A stretch of DNA of 64,000 bases from Candidatus Woesearchaeota archaeon (GTDB lineage: Archaea; Nanobdellota; Nanobdellia; Woesearchaeales; GW2011-AR9): contig JABHQW010000008.1 of NCBI GenBank assembly GCA_018696595.1, positions 96,001-160,000 on the forward strand, written 5' to 3'. Made by a program: the position numbers and the translations under genes. This document shows, piece after piece, positions 21,389 through 29,896 of the stretch (within the stretch, counting starts at the first letter, position 1; every line of letters begins with the position of its first letter). Below the pieces are notes generated by a model. That model searched no databases. It had not been told where the DNA came from and was given only the letters and a program-made list of their open reading frames with translations.

Positions 21389-22105
21389 GTGAATAAAAAA
21401 ATGATTGAAACGGCAATTATTCTGGCAGGTGGACTAGGAACAAGGTTAAGACCTTTAACAGATAAAACCCCAAAACCCTTACTGCCAATTAAAGAAAAAC
21501 CAATAATAAGTCACATAATTGAGAATTTGAAAAAATTTGGAGTTAAGAATATAATTCTCTCTATAGGATACAAAGCAGAAGATATCCAAGAACATTTCAA
21601 AGATGGATCACATTTAGGTGTAAATATCTCTTATTCTATTGAAACAGAACCCTTGGGTACAGGAGGAGCAATCAAGCAAGCAGCAGCAGGATTAGAAAAA
21701 CCGTTTATTTTATTGTGGGGAGATAACTTAATGGACATTGACTTAAACACAATGTATAAAGATTTTTTAAGAGATGCACCCCAAGTAACTATGACTTTAA
21801 CCCCCAGAGAAGATGTAGAAAACTTTGGTGTGGCAACATTACAAGAAAATAAAATAATTAGTTTTGTAGAAAAACCTAAAAGGGAAGAAGCGCCAAGTAA
21901 TTTAATTAATGCTGGCGGTTTTATTATTGAACCAGAATGTCTAAAGATTCTTCCAGAAGGAAAGTCTTCGATGGAAAAAGATTGTTTTGAAAAAATTGCC
22001 CCACTTGGAGAAATTTCTGCACATGTCCATGAAGGACAATGGTTCCCAACAGACACATTAGAGAAATATCAACACGCTTACGATAATTTTAAGCCACTAT
22101 TATAA
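21389..22105 (+). CDS. Nucleotidyltransferase, mannose-1-phosphate guanylyltransferase-like
   Basis: 'LAGGLGTRLRPLT...PKPLL', 'EPLGTGGA', 'FVEKP', 'INAG'; adjacent to the PMM. Confidence 0.9.
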   Translation: MNKKMIETAIILAGGLGTRLRPLTDKTPKPLLPIKEKPIISHIIENLKKFGVKNIILSIGYKAEDIQEHFKDGSHLGVNISYSIETEPLGTGGAIKQAAAGLEKPFILLWGDNLMDIDLNTMYKDFLRDAPQVTMTLTPREDVENFGVATLQENKIISFVEKPKREEAPSNLINAGGFIIEPECLKILPEGKSSMEKDCFEKIAPLGEISAHVHEGQWFPTDTLEKYQHAYDNFKPLL

Positions 22106-22107
22106 AA

Positions 22108-22869
22108 ATGCCAATCGTAGAAAATATTAATTCAAGTGAGAAGAAAGTTATCATTGCCGATGTTGATGATACCATTTGTGAAAGTTGTCAACTTGTTTCT
22201 GATGAAATGGCTTTAGAAATTTCTCGATTAATTGATACTGGTTTTAGTTTCGCTTTTATCAGTGGAACAAAAAGTGAAAGTTTGCAAAGAATGATTTCTT
22301 CAAAGTTAAAAAAAGAACACCACATCTTAGGTACTACTGGAACAAATTATACATTAATTAAAGAGGATAGTTCAGTTGAAATAATTTACAAATATTCTCT
22401 TTCAGATGAAGAAAAAGGAGAAATTATTAATGCATTTGATAAACTAATTGAAAATTATAACATCCAATCGATGACCACTAAAGAAGATCAAGTACAAGAC
22501 AGAGATTCACAAATTACTCTTTCTGCCATTGGAAGACATGCTCCTACAGAAGCTAAGGCAGCTTATGATTCAGATGGAAAAATAAGATTAATGTGGATTG
22601 AGTTTCTAAAGAAACATTTAGATTCTGAAAAGTACCATATGAAGATCGGTGGAACAACATCTGTTGATATTACTAAAAAAGGTTTTGATAAAGAATGGGG
22701 AATCAGAAAGTTTGCTAAACACAATAACATAAACCATTCAGAGATAATCTTCTTTGGGGACAAGTTGTATCCAGGAGGAAATGACTTCCCGGCAACTAAG
22801 ATAGTTGATTGTGTTGCTGTTAAGAACCCAGAAGATACTATTAGAAAACTAAAAGAATTTTTCTCATAA
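22108..22869 (+). CDS. pmm: HAD-IIB phosphomannomutase (eukaryotic PMM/Sec53-type)
   Basis: 'ADVDDT' HAD motif I, 'SAIGRHA', 'IGGTTSVD...GFDK', 'FFGDKLYPGGND'. Confidence 0.85.
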   Translation: MPIVENINSSEKKVIIADVDDTICESCQLVSDEMALEISRLIDTGFSFAFISGTKSESLQRMISSKLKKEHHILGTTGTNYTLIKEDSSVEIIYKYSLSDEEKGEIINAFDKLIENYNIQSMTTKEDQVQDRDSQITLSAIGRHAPTEAKAAYDSDGKIRLMWIEFLKKHLDSEKYHMKIGGTTSVDITKKGFDKEWGIRKFAKHNNINHSEIIFFGDKLYPGGNDFPATKIVDCVAVKNPEDTIRKLKEFFS

Positions 22870-22875
22870 CTTTAT

Positions 22876-23223
22876 CTAATGAACAATTGCAGGAGTAGGG
22901 CGACCTTTCTTCATAGTAGAAGAACTAACATTCTCAGAACGCAATCTTCTCTGCCGAATTTCTTCCCCAAGTCTCCAATCTTGAACTATTGCAGTTGTAG
23001 TAATTTCTGCGGCCACCTGATCTGGAAAAATCATTTTATGAGCCATACAATAATCTCTTGCTTGCCCTAAATATACTTTGGTTTGAGCTTCATCTCCTTC
23101 CTGAGCAGAACTAAGTGCTAGAGATAATGAGGTGTATCCAACTGTTCCTTGATTAGCCGTTAATGAAGCCTTAACTGCTTGACTTTCACGCCGAGCTAAA
23201 TATTCTAAGCTTAAATTTACCAT
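22876..23223 (-). CDS. Hypothetical protein (115 aa)
   Basis: Open frame filling the intergenic gap with an upstream TATA-like element; no recognisable motif. Confidence 0.55.
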   Translation of the reverse strand: MVNLSLEYLARRESQAVKASLTANQGTVGYTSLSLALSSAQEGDEAQTKVYLGQARDYCMAHKMIFPDQVAAEITTTAIVQDWRLGEEIRQRRLRSENVSSSTMKKGRPTPAIVH

Positions 23224-23310
23224 TTTTATGTTTTTTAATGAGAAGTTTATAAAGTTTATTGTAAATTTGTAATGAAAACATTTAAATTAAACAAACATTA
23301 ATTCTTAATT

Positions 23311-24204
23311 ATGGATGAAGAAACATTACAAAAATATGTTGATGCTGGCAAGATTGCCTCAGAAGCATTACATTACGGAAAATCACTAATTGTTAAAGGA
23401 GCAAAAGTAATCGAGATACTTGATGCTGTTGAAGAGAAAATTGCAGAATTAGGAGGAAAACCGGCTTTTCCTGCACAAATCTCATTAAACGAATTTGCAG
23501 CACATTCTTGTTCAGATTTAAATGACGAAACAATCTTATCAGATCAGATTGTTAAATTGGATGTAGGAGTGCATCTTGATGGTTTTATCGCTGATAATGC
23601 TTTAACAGTAGACTTATCTGGCAAGTATAATGATTTAGTTAAAGCCAGCCGTGAAGCCCTAAATAATGCTTTAAAGGTTATCAAACCAGGTGTTACTTTG
23701 GGAGAAATTGGAAAAGTGATTCATGAAACAATTACTTCTTACGGATTTGCTCCAGTAAAGAATCTTTCAGGCCATGGATTAGGAGAATATCAAATCCATA
23801 CAAAACCCTCAGTTCCAAACTTTGATAATGGGAATGAAAATGTTCTGGAAGAAGGAGATGTAATTGCAATTGAACCATTCGCATCAACCGGCGCAGGTAT
23901 TGTTCAAGAAAGTTCTCCAGCAACAGTTTTCACATTAATTAATGATACGGGTGTTAGAGATCCAATTTCAAGAAAAATTATGATTAAAGCTAAAGAAAAT
24001 AAAGGTTTACCTTTTGCCAAAAGATGGTTAGAAAAAGATTTTGGAACTGCTAAAACTAATTTTGCTTTACGAATGTTAAGAAAAGCAGGTTGTGTTGATG
24101 AACATCCACCTTTGTTTGACCAGAATAAAGGCATGGTAAGTCAAGCAGAACATACTGTTATTGTTTCTGAAGAACCAATTATAACAACTTGGCATGAAAA
24201 GTAA
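23311..24204 (+). CDS. map: Methionine aminopeptidase type II
   Basis: 'KLDVGVHLDGFIADNA', 'NLSGHG', 'AIEPFA', 'QAEHTVIV'; type II helical insertion. Confidence 0.97.
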   Translation: MDEETLQKYVDAGKIASEALHYGKSLIVKGAKVIEILDAVEEKIAELGGKPAFPAQISLNEFAAHSCSDLNDETILSDQIVKLDVGVHLDGFIADNALTVDLSGKYNDLVKASREALNNALKVIKPGVTLGEIGKVIHETITSYGFAPVKNLSGHGLGEYQIHTKPSVPNFDNGNENVLEEGDVIAIEPFASTGAGIVQESSPATVFTLINDTGVRDPISRKIMIKAKENKGLPFAKRWLEKDFGTAKTNFALRMLRKAGCVDEHPPLFDQNKGMVSQAEHTVIVSEEPIITTWHEK

Positions 24205-24240
24205 GTTTTAAATAGATAACTTGTTTCTTTTTATCACTAA

Positions 24241-24765
24241 ATGAAAAAAAATACTAAATCATTGTTGATTATTGTAGCAGTAATTGTTGTTTTATTCTTA
24301 GGTTATTTTATTATTAAATGGAATGGTTGTATTGGATGCGGACAGAATAATGATTTTTATGAAGAACAAAAAGCAAAACAAATTCAGGAACAAATAAAAC
24401 TGCAATTATTAGAAGATCTTGACAATGGAGCGGGGAGGTTAGCATTTCCCGCAACAACTTTAAAATTAAAACAAAGTGAAAAAGAATATTTTTTCTTTGG
24501 AATCAATAATGTTTTACCGCTTCCACTTAACTTCAAGGTTAAAATTGAGAAGAAAGAATGTAAGAATAATGATAAAGAAGTAGAAATAAAGACCACATAT
24601 GATGAAGACCCACAATTTCTTAATTCAACAGATCGTTTAATGGTAAGTTTTAATATGGAAACAGAGAGTCATAATTTTGGAGATTGCCTATATCAATTAT
24701 TAATCATTAATTTAGAAACAGAAGAAATTTATGCAGAAAAAGCCTTCTTTGTACAAATCACTTAA
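24241..24765 (+). CDS. Membrane-anchored hypothetical protein with a beta-rich extracellular domain
   Basis: N-terminal TM helix, CxxC, beta-strand-rich C-terminus. Confidence 0.7.
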   Translation: MKKNTKSLLIIVAVIVVLFLGYFIIKWNGCIGCGQNNDFYEEQKAKQIQEQIKLQLLEDLDNGAGRLAFPATTLKLKQSEKEYFFFGINNVLPLPLNFKVKIEKKECKNNDKEVEIKTTYDEDPQFLNSTDRLMVSFNMETESHNFGDCLYQLLIINLETEEIYAEKAFFVQIT

Positions 24766-24934
24766 TTCTTTCCCTAATCAAAGGCAATCCTTTCCAAACA
24801 AATAATGCACCAAGAGCAATAACAATCCAAAACATCAATGTGCTAACTAATTGCATTGCAAATAGAATCATGTTCGCAATAAGAATTACTAGAACAACAT
24901 ATCCAATTGCTTTTAATTTCTGAGGTTTATCCAT
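24758..24934 (-). CDS. Small two-TM membrane protein (58 aa), not in the ORF track
   Basis: Hand translation MDKPQKLKAIGYVVLVILIANMILFAMQLVSTLMFWIVIALGALFVWKGLPLIRERIK; start overlaps the hisS stop. Confidence 0.7.
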   Translation of the reverse strand: MDKPQKLKAIGYVVLVILIANMILFAMQLVSTLMFWIVIALGALFVWKGLPLIRERIK

Positions 24935-26225
24935 CTTGTTTCAACTTCTTAACAACACTTTTCAAAGCCAGCAGTTTCTGGTCTCCAGTAACCATATCTC
25001 TAAGAAGAACTTTATTTTTCTTCACTTCATCGCTACCGATAATGATTGCATAAGGAATTCCTAAAGTGTTTGCATATTGTAAATTCTTGCTCATCCCTCT
25101 ACCATTAAGATCATAATCTGCAGCAATCCCTTCATTCCTTAACTGTTGAACTATTTGTAAAGATTCCTTTTCAGTTTTAATTGGAATTACAAAAACTTTT
25201 GCCAGAGTTCGTTTTACTAAATTTTCTTTTTCTTTAATACTTTCAATGATTGGAACTAAACCAAAGCTCCCACCTACTGCCGGAACAACTCTGTTTCCGC
25301 CCATGAAGTTTCCAATCATATTATCCCACCTTCCGCCAGCGGCTAATGAGGAAGTTATTTTTCCTTTCTTCATAAAAGCTTCAAAGATAGTTCCAGTATA
25401 ATATGCTAATCCCCTAGCAAGAGAAACATCAAACTTAGCAGATTTAATACCCATACTTCTTAAGTAAGAAAAAACTTCTTCCAATTCTTTAACACCTTCT
25501 TTTCCTTCTTCAGAAGTTATTTTCTTTTTTATTCCTGCTAATGAAATGTTTTCTTGAATTAATTCAAAGATTGCATTAATTTGTTTTTTCTTAAATCCTT
25601 TTTCTAACAATTCTTCTGTAACTCCCGTTACCCTAATCTTTGCTAACTTGTCAATAGAAATAATTGCCTCTTCTTTATTTTCTATTCCTGCTTGTTCTAA
25701 AATTCCGTTAAGCAATTTCCGATTATTAACTTTGATAATTGTATCAAGTTTTAATTTATTAAAACCAGTACTCATGATAGCAATAATTTCAGCATCAGCT
25801 AACATAGATTTACTGCCAATAGTATCTACATCACATTGCCAGAATTGTCTTACTCGACCTGCTTTAATTGGGCCATCTCTGAAAACAGAACCCATCTCAA
25901 AACGTTTAAAGGGCATTTTTAAAGTTGGATTCATAGCAACAAATCTTGCCAAAGGAACAGTTAAATCAAACCTTAATCCCAAATCCCTTTTTCCTTGATC
26001 AGTTAATGTAAAAGTTTCTTTCAACGCATCAGAAGCCTCTCCAGCTGCAAACTTAGCAGTTAGAGTTTCGTACCTTTCTATGATTGGTGTTTCTAAAGGA
26101 GCGAACCCGTATAGTTGAAACACTTCTCTTAAAGTATCAACTACCTTATTCTTGATAATCTTTTCTTCAGGTGGAGTATCTTGTACTCCTCTTGCTGTTT
26201 GTAGCTTCATTTTCATATTCCTCAT
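24927..26225 (-). CDS. hisS: Histidine--tRNA ligase
   Basis: 'RGVQD', 'LRFDLTVPLAR', 'GRVRQFWQCD', 'LARGLAYYTG', 'GGRWD'; anticodon-binding domain. Confidence 0.98.
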   Translation of the reverse strand: MRNMKMKLQTARGVQDTPPEEKIIKNKVVDTLREVFQLYGFAPLETPIIERYETLTAKFAAGEASDALKETFTLTDQGKRDLGLRFDLTVPLARFVAMNPTLKMPFKRFEMGSVFRDGPIKAGRVRQFWQCDVDTIGSKSMLADAEIIAIMSTGFNKLKLDTIIKVNNRKLLNGILEQAGIENKEEAIISIDKLAKIRVTGVTEELLEKGFKKKQINAIFELIQENISLAGIKKKITSEEGKEGVKELEEVFSYLRSMGIKSAKFDVSLARGLAYYTGTIFEAFMKKGKITSSLAAGGRWDNMIGNFMGGNRVVPAVGGSFGLVPIIESIKEKENLVKRTLAKVFVIPIKTEKESLQIVQQLRNEGIAADYDLNGRGMSKNLQYANTLGIPYAIIIGSDEVKKNKVLLRDMVTGDQKLLALKSVVKKLKQDG

Positions 26226-26247
26226 TATTATTTTATTGTTTATATAA

Positions 26248-26370
26248 TTTACTTGTAATTGTGAGTATTAAGTTAGATTTGCCAATTGAGACGCATTTTT
26301 TCCGCATTTCAGGAAAAAATCTACGCACCGTGCAATCTTAACTTAATACTTACTTGTAATTACAAGCAAA
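26248..26370. repeat. Long imperfect inverted repeat (rod-like hairpin, about 120 nt)
   Basis: cttgtaatt(26252-60)/aattacaag(26358-66); gtgagtattaagtta(26261-75)/taacttaatacttac(26339-53); inner attttttcc(26295-303)/ggaaaaaat(26312-20). Confidence 0.85.
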
Positions 26371-26499
26371 AGTATAAGTTCGTTGATCGTTATCATAATA
26401 CTCACAAATAATCCCTTTGACTTTCTGTAAAAGATTTTCTTGTTCTTTAGTCAGTTCATCATTATCCAGGTATCTTTCTTTTTCTATTTTTTCAACTAA

Positions 26500-26846
26500 G
26501 ACAGTGAATACAATCAGCACTATCTTGTGCCTGAGCCCCTAAAGTTTGTTCAATTATTTTTTGTTTTGTTTGTTGCATTTTATTTTATCTCCACGTTTTG
26601 AGCTCGTCAGCTTATTGATTGATTATTTACTCTAAGAATAATAGAGTTAGAACTAATGATTATGAATATGAATATGAAAAGAAGGGCGGCCACCGGGAGT
26701 TGAACCCGGCCCAAAGGTGCCACAGACCTTTATGCTACCGATACACCATGGCCGCCATGAATTATTGAATAGAAACATATCTCTTTTAAAAAACTTTTTG
26801 TAGTTATAACTAGAATAATAAGAATTACTGACAGTGAATACAATCA
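26500..26846. repeat. Exact 17-bp direct repeat (gacagtgaatacaatca) flanking tRNA-His
   Basis: Copies at 26500-26516 and 26830-26846. Confidence 0.9.
26685..26756 (-). tRNA. tRNA-His(GUG) with genome-encoded G-1
   Basis: GGCGGCCAUGGUGUAUCGGUAGCAUAAAGGUCUGUGGCACCUUUGGGCCGGGUUCAACUCCCGGUGGCCGCC; anticodon loop CU-GUG-GC; C73; CCA not encoded. Confidence 0.96.
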
Positions 26847-26933
26847 ACTCTGGTTTGTGTCATCTTATTTATATGAGAATGGAGTATATATTTAAATGTT
26901 TTGGAACAGAATTGTTAAAGGAGGAATATTGTT

Positions 26934-27431
26934 TTAAAATTCCTTTTTGAACAATACATTATAAGTTTCTTTTGTTCTTTTACTATCTCTATAACGTTTA
27001 ATTTCTACAAATCCCATTTTTTTCTGTAATTTTAAAGAAGCAACATTATTAGAACCAACATCTGAATAAATTCCTTTAAATCCTTCAGCACGTATCACTT
27101 TTAGCATAAATTCAGTTAATAGTAATCCAACACCTTTACCCTGATAATCTGGGTCGACACCTATCCCTAAATGATAAGCAAAACCTTTCTTCTCAACTTC
27201 AAATGGACACATTAAAAACGCTTCTGCAGATCCGAAAATAGCGTAACCAATTACTTTTTTTTTCTCAGTGCAAATTAAAAAACTTCTACTAGGAAATTCG
27301 CTTTGAATTGTAGCTTGTACTTTATTCAAAGACATATTCTTAAATCTAAATTTAATATAGCCAACTTTATTCATAACATTAATAATACTAGATATATCGC
27401 TTTTTTTTGCAAGTCTTAACTTTAATGTCAT
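26934..27431 (-). CDS. GNAT acetyltransferase
   Basis: 'IGVDPDYQGKGVG' acetyl-CoA motif; 'NVASLKLQKKMGF'. Confidence 0.92.
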   Translation of the reverse strand: MTLKLRLAKKSDISSIINVMNKVGYIKFRFKNMSLNKVQATIQSEFPSRSFLICTEKKKVIGYAIFGSAEAFLMCPFEVEKKGFAYHLGIGVDPDYQGKGVGLLLTEFMLKVIRAEGFKGIYSDVGSNNVASLKLQKKMGFVEIKRYRDSKRTKETYNVLFKKEF

Positions 27432-27476
27432 TGTAATAAAGATATTTCTTGAGTTTATAAAAATGTAACTAAAATA

Positions 27477-28952
27477 CTATATAACCAAGACTTTCTGCTT
27501 TCTAACAACACGAACCTTAACCCACTTAGTGTGTCCTAGAAACTCACCACCTGCCTGAATTGGAAAAGGAACTTCGCTCTCAATAATAAACTTCTTTGCC
27601 TTCAATTTCAAAAGCGGGTTCTTATCTTTGTTTAACATCCCTAATATTAAACCCCAGAAACGAACAGCCTTATTCAAAAAAACATTATGAGTATTAATCA
27701 CAGCAGATGCATAAACATAATTATCATCAGAATCTAAGTTTCCAGTTATAGACCGAACCCCATAACCGTAATAAGGAACTTTACAAATTGTTAAGTTAGG
27801 ACAATTATTTAATTCCCTTTTCTTACCATCTAATTTACAAGAGAAATCGTAATCGGATTTTGCTCTTAACAAAGCTTTGTAACTAGCTTTAATATAATCA
27901 GAAAAGCCAGACTTAGTTCTTTCTTTACTATATCGAGCAACATCAGAATCAATCCCCAATGTAATAAAAGTAGATTGAGTTTTTCCACCTTCCCATTCTA
28001 ATTCTAAAATATCTAAATCAATTTCCATGAAATTAAATCTTGAACGCAAATATTCAAACCGATTACCTTTGTAAAAATAAGAATAATAAGCGTTCCCCGC
28101 ACCTAAAGGAAAGAACCCTAACACTTTCTCATGAAACGGTTTGTAATTCAAAGCCCCTTCAAAAGAACCATCTCCGCCAGCAATAACAACATGATCAAAG
28201 TTTTTCGTTTTTGTTGCTGCTCCAATAAACATATCTTTTTTATTGTGTGATAAAAAAATCAAAGGTGCTTTTCTTCTCTTTGAAAATTTCTTAAGTAATC
28301 TTCTCCTATACTTGCTATGATATCCGCGAGCCCTTTTGTTAGCTAAAACCACCATATTTTCATTCTCAACCTTTCTGCCCACTTTCTTTCTTTTTCTCAA
28401 ACCAAAATGGTAAGCGAACAAATAATGGAAAACTGAAACCACCGAAACAATCACTGCAAAGATTGTCATTAAAACAATAAAAATTTCTGTGTAAACTAAA
28501 AACATTCCATCAACAACATTATCCATAATTAAAAAGTTTTCAATTAACAAACCAAGTACTACGCCGAACTGAGAAGCAACAACTAATTTACTATAAACTT
28601 TTTCTCCTACTAAAATGCTGTCACGAGTAGCAAACCACCTTACAAAGATTGCCACAATTTCTCTAACTACAAAGATTAGTAATAACCAAACAGAAAAAGC
28701 TTCAGTTAAAACAAAAATAAACATTAAAATTAAAGTTAATGTTTTGTCTGCAAACAAATCTAAGAAAGATCCTGCTTTTGTAACTTCATTTCGTTTTCTA
28801 GCAACATAACCATCAACGATATCGCTAATAATAGCAAGAGCAAATAAAAACACAGCAATTGAACTAGCCGTAGCAGTTTCCTGATAAATTAAGTAAATAA
28901 TCACGGGTAAACAGACTATCCGAAATAAAGCAATTAAGTTAGCTATGTTCAT
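27477..28952 (-). CDS. Fusion: CDP-alcohol phosphatidyltransferase (PgsA-like) plus soluble diacylglycerol-kinase-family domain
   Basis: N-terminal 'NIANLIALFRI...DIVDGYVARK...GSFLDLFADK' (DxxDGxxAR...GxxLDxxxD); C-terminal 'IAGGDGS', 'PLGAGN', 'GIDSDV', 'IQAGGE'. Confidence 0.85.
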   Translation of the reverse strand: MNIANLIALFRIVCLPVIIYLIYQETATASSIAVFLFALAIISDIVDGYVARKRNEVTKAGSFLDLFADKTLTLILMFIFVLTEAFSVWLLLIFVVREIVAIFVRWFATRDSILVGEKVYSKLVVASQFGVVLGLLIENFLIMDNVVDGMFLVYTEIFIVLMTIFAVIVSVVSVFHYLFAYHFGLRKRKKVGRKVENENMVVLANKRARGYHSKYRRRLLKKFSKRRKAPLIFLSHNKKDMFIGAATKTKNFDHVVIAGGDGSFEGALNYKPFHEKVLGFFPLGAGNAYYSYFYKGNRFEYLRSRFNFMEIDLDILELEWEGGKTQSTFITLGIDSDVARYSKERTKSGFSDYIKASYKALLRAKSDYDFSCKLDGKKRELNNCPNLTICKVPYYGYGVRSITGNLDSDDNYVYASAVINTHNVFLNKAVRFWGLILGMLNKDKNPLLKLKAKKFIIESEVPFPIQAGGEFLGHTKWVKVRVVRKQKVLVI

Positions 28953-29089
28953 ATAAGATTAAAAATAAAGAACTATTAAAAACGTTTCTAAAAATTGTAT
29001 GAATTAAACTTAAATTAACTTGAAAATTAATGTTTGAGGATAATAATATTTATTAAGTCCATTTACTCTCAGTATTAAAAGAGAGTAAT

Positions 29090-29896
29090 ATGGCAAGTAT
29101 ACTATTTTTAGGCACAGCAGGAAGTTCAGCAGTTGTAAACAAACAACTTAGGTCTTCCGGCGGAATAATTGTGCAAGTAGAAGACTTACAATTCCACCTA
29201 GATCCTGGACCAGGAGCATTAGGTCAAGCTAAAGAATACGGGGTAAATTTACAGCATAATACGGCAATTTGTGTTTCTCACAACCATATTAACCATTGTA
29301 ATGATTTAAATGCAGTAATCGATGCGATGACCCATTCTGGCATTGAACACCGAGGAATCATTCTTGGCAGTAAATCTGTTTTACAAGATAGTGAAACCAG
29401 TCACCCTTATTTAACAAAACATCACCAAAATTTAGTTGAGAAAATCATTCCTTTAGAAAAAAATCATAAAGTTGGAATCGAATTAATTGAAATTAATGCT
29501 TTATCTGCCGAACATACAGATGAAACAGCGATTGGATTCAAATTCTTTTGTCCAAAATTTACTTTAAGTTATACTGGAGATACAAAATTAACTCCACAAT
29601 TAATTGAAGAACTTACTGGAACGGACGTTTTAATTCTTAACGTCCCTTATCCTGGCGATAAAGCTAAAGGATCAAATTTAGATACTGAATCAGCAATTAA
29701 AATTATTTCTCAAGTTAGACCAAAACTAGCAGTTTTAACACATTTCGGCTTAGAAATGTTAAGAGCAGACCCTCTTCAAGAGGCTCGAGAGATTCAAAGA
29801 ATTACTGGCGTGCAAACAATTTCTGCTAAAGATGGCTTGTTAATTTCCCCACAGAATTATGGCAATGCCAGAAGTCCTGTTCGTGGATACGATTAG
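29090..29896 (+). CDS. Metallo-beta-lactamase-fold hydrolase
   Basis: 'FLGTAG', 'DPGPG', 'SHNHINHCND', 'YTGDT', 'LTHFG'. Confidence 0.9.
   Translation: MASILFLGTAGSSAVVNKQLRSSGGIIVQVEDLQFHLDPGPGALGQAKEYGVNLQHNTAICVSHNHINHCNDLNAVIDAMTHSGIEHRGIILGSKSVLQDSETSHPYLTKHHQNLVEKIIPLEKNHKVGIELIEINALSAEHTDETAIGFKFFCPKFTLSYTGDTKLTPQLIEELTGTDVLILNVPYPGDKAKGSNLDTESAIKIISQVRPKLAVLTHFGLEMLRADPLQEAREIQRITGVQTISAKDGLLISPQNYGNARSPVRGYD

Noticed and set aside
26661-26678. Short tandem repeat tatgaa x3
   Set aside because: Low-complexity AT-rich sequence just 3' of tRNA-His; no sign of function
26653-26847. 64-aa ORF in the track
   Set aside because: It spans tRNA-His and its promoter on the same strand; the translation is an artefact of the tRNA sequence
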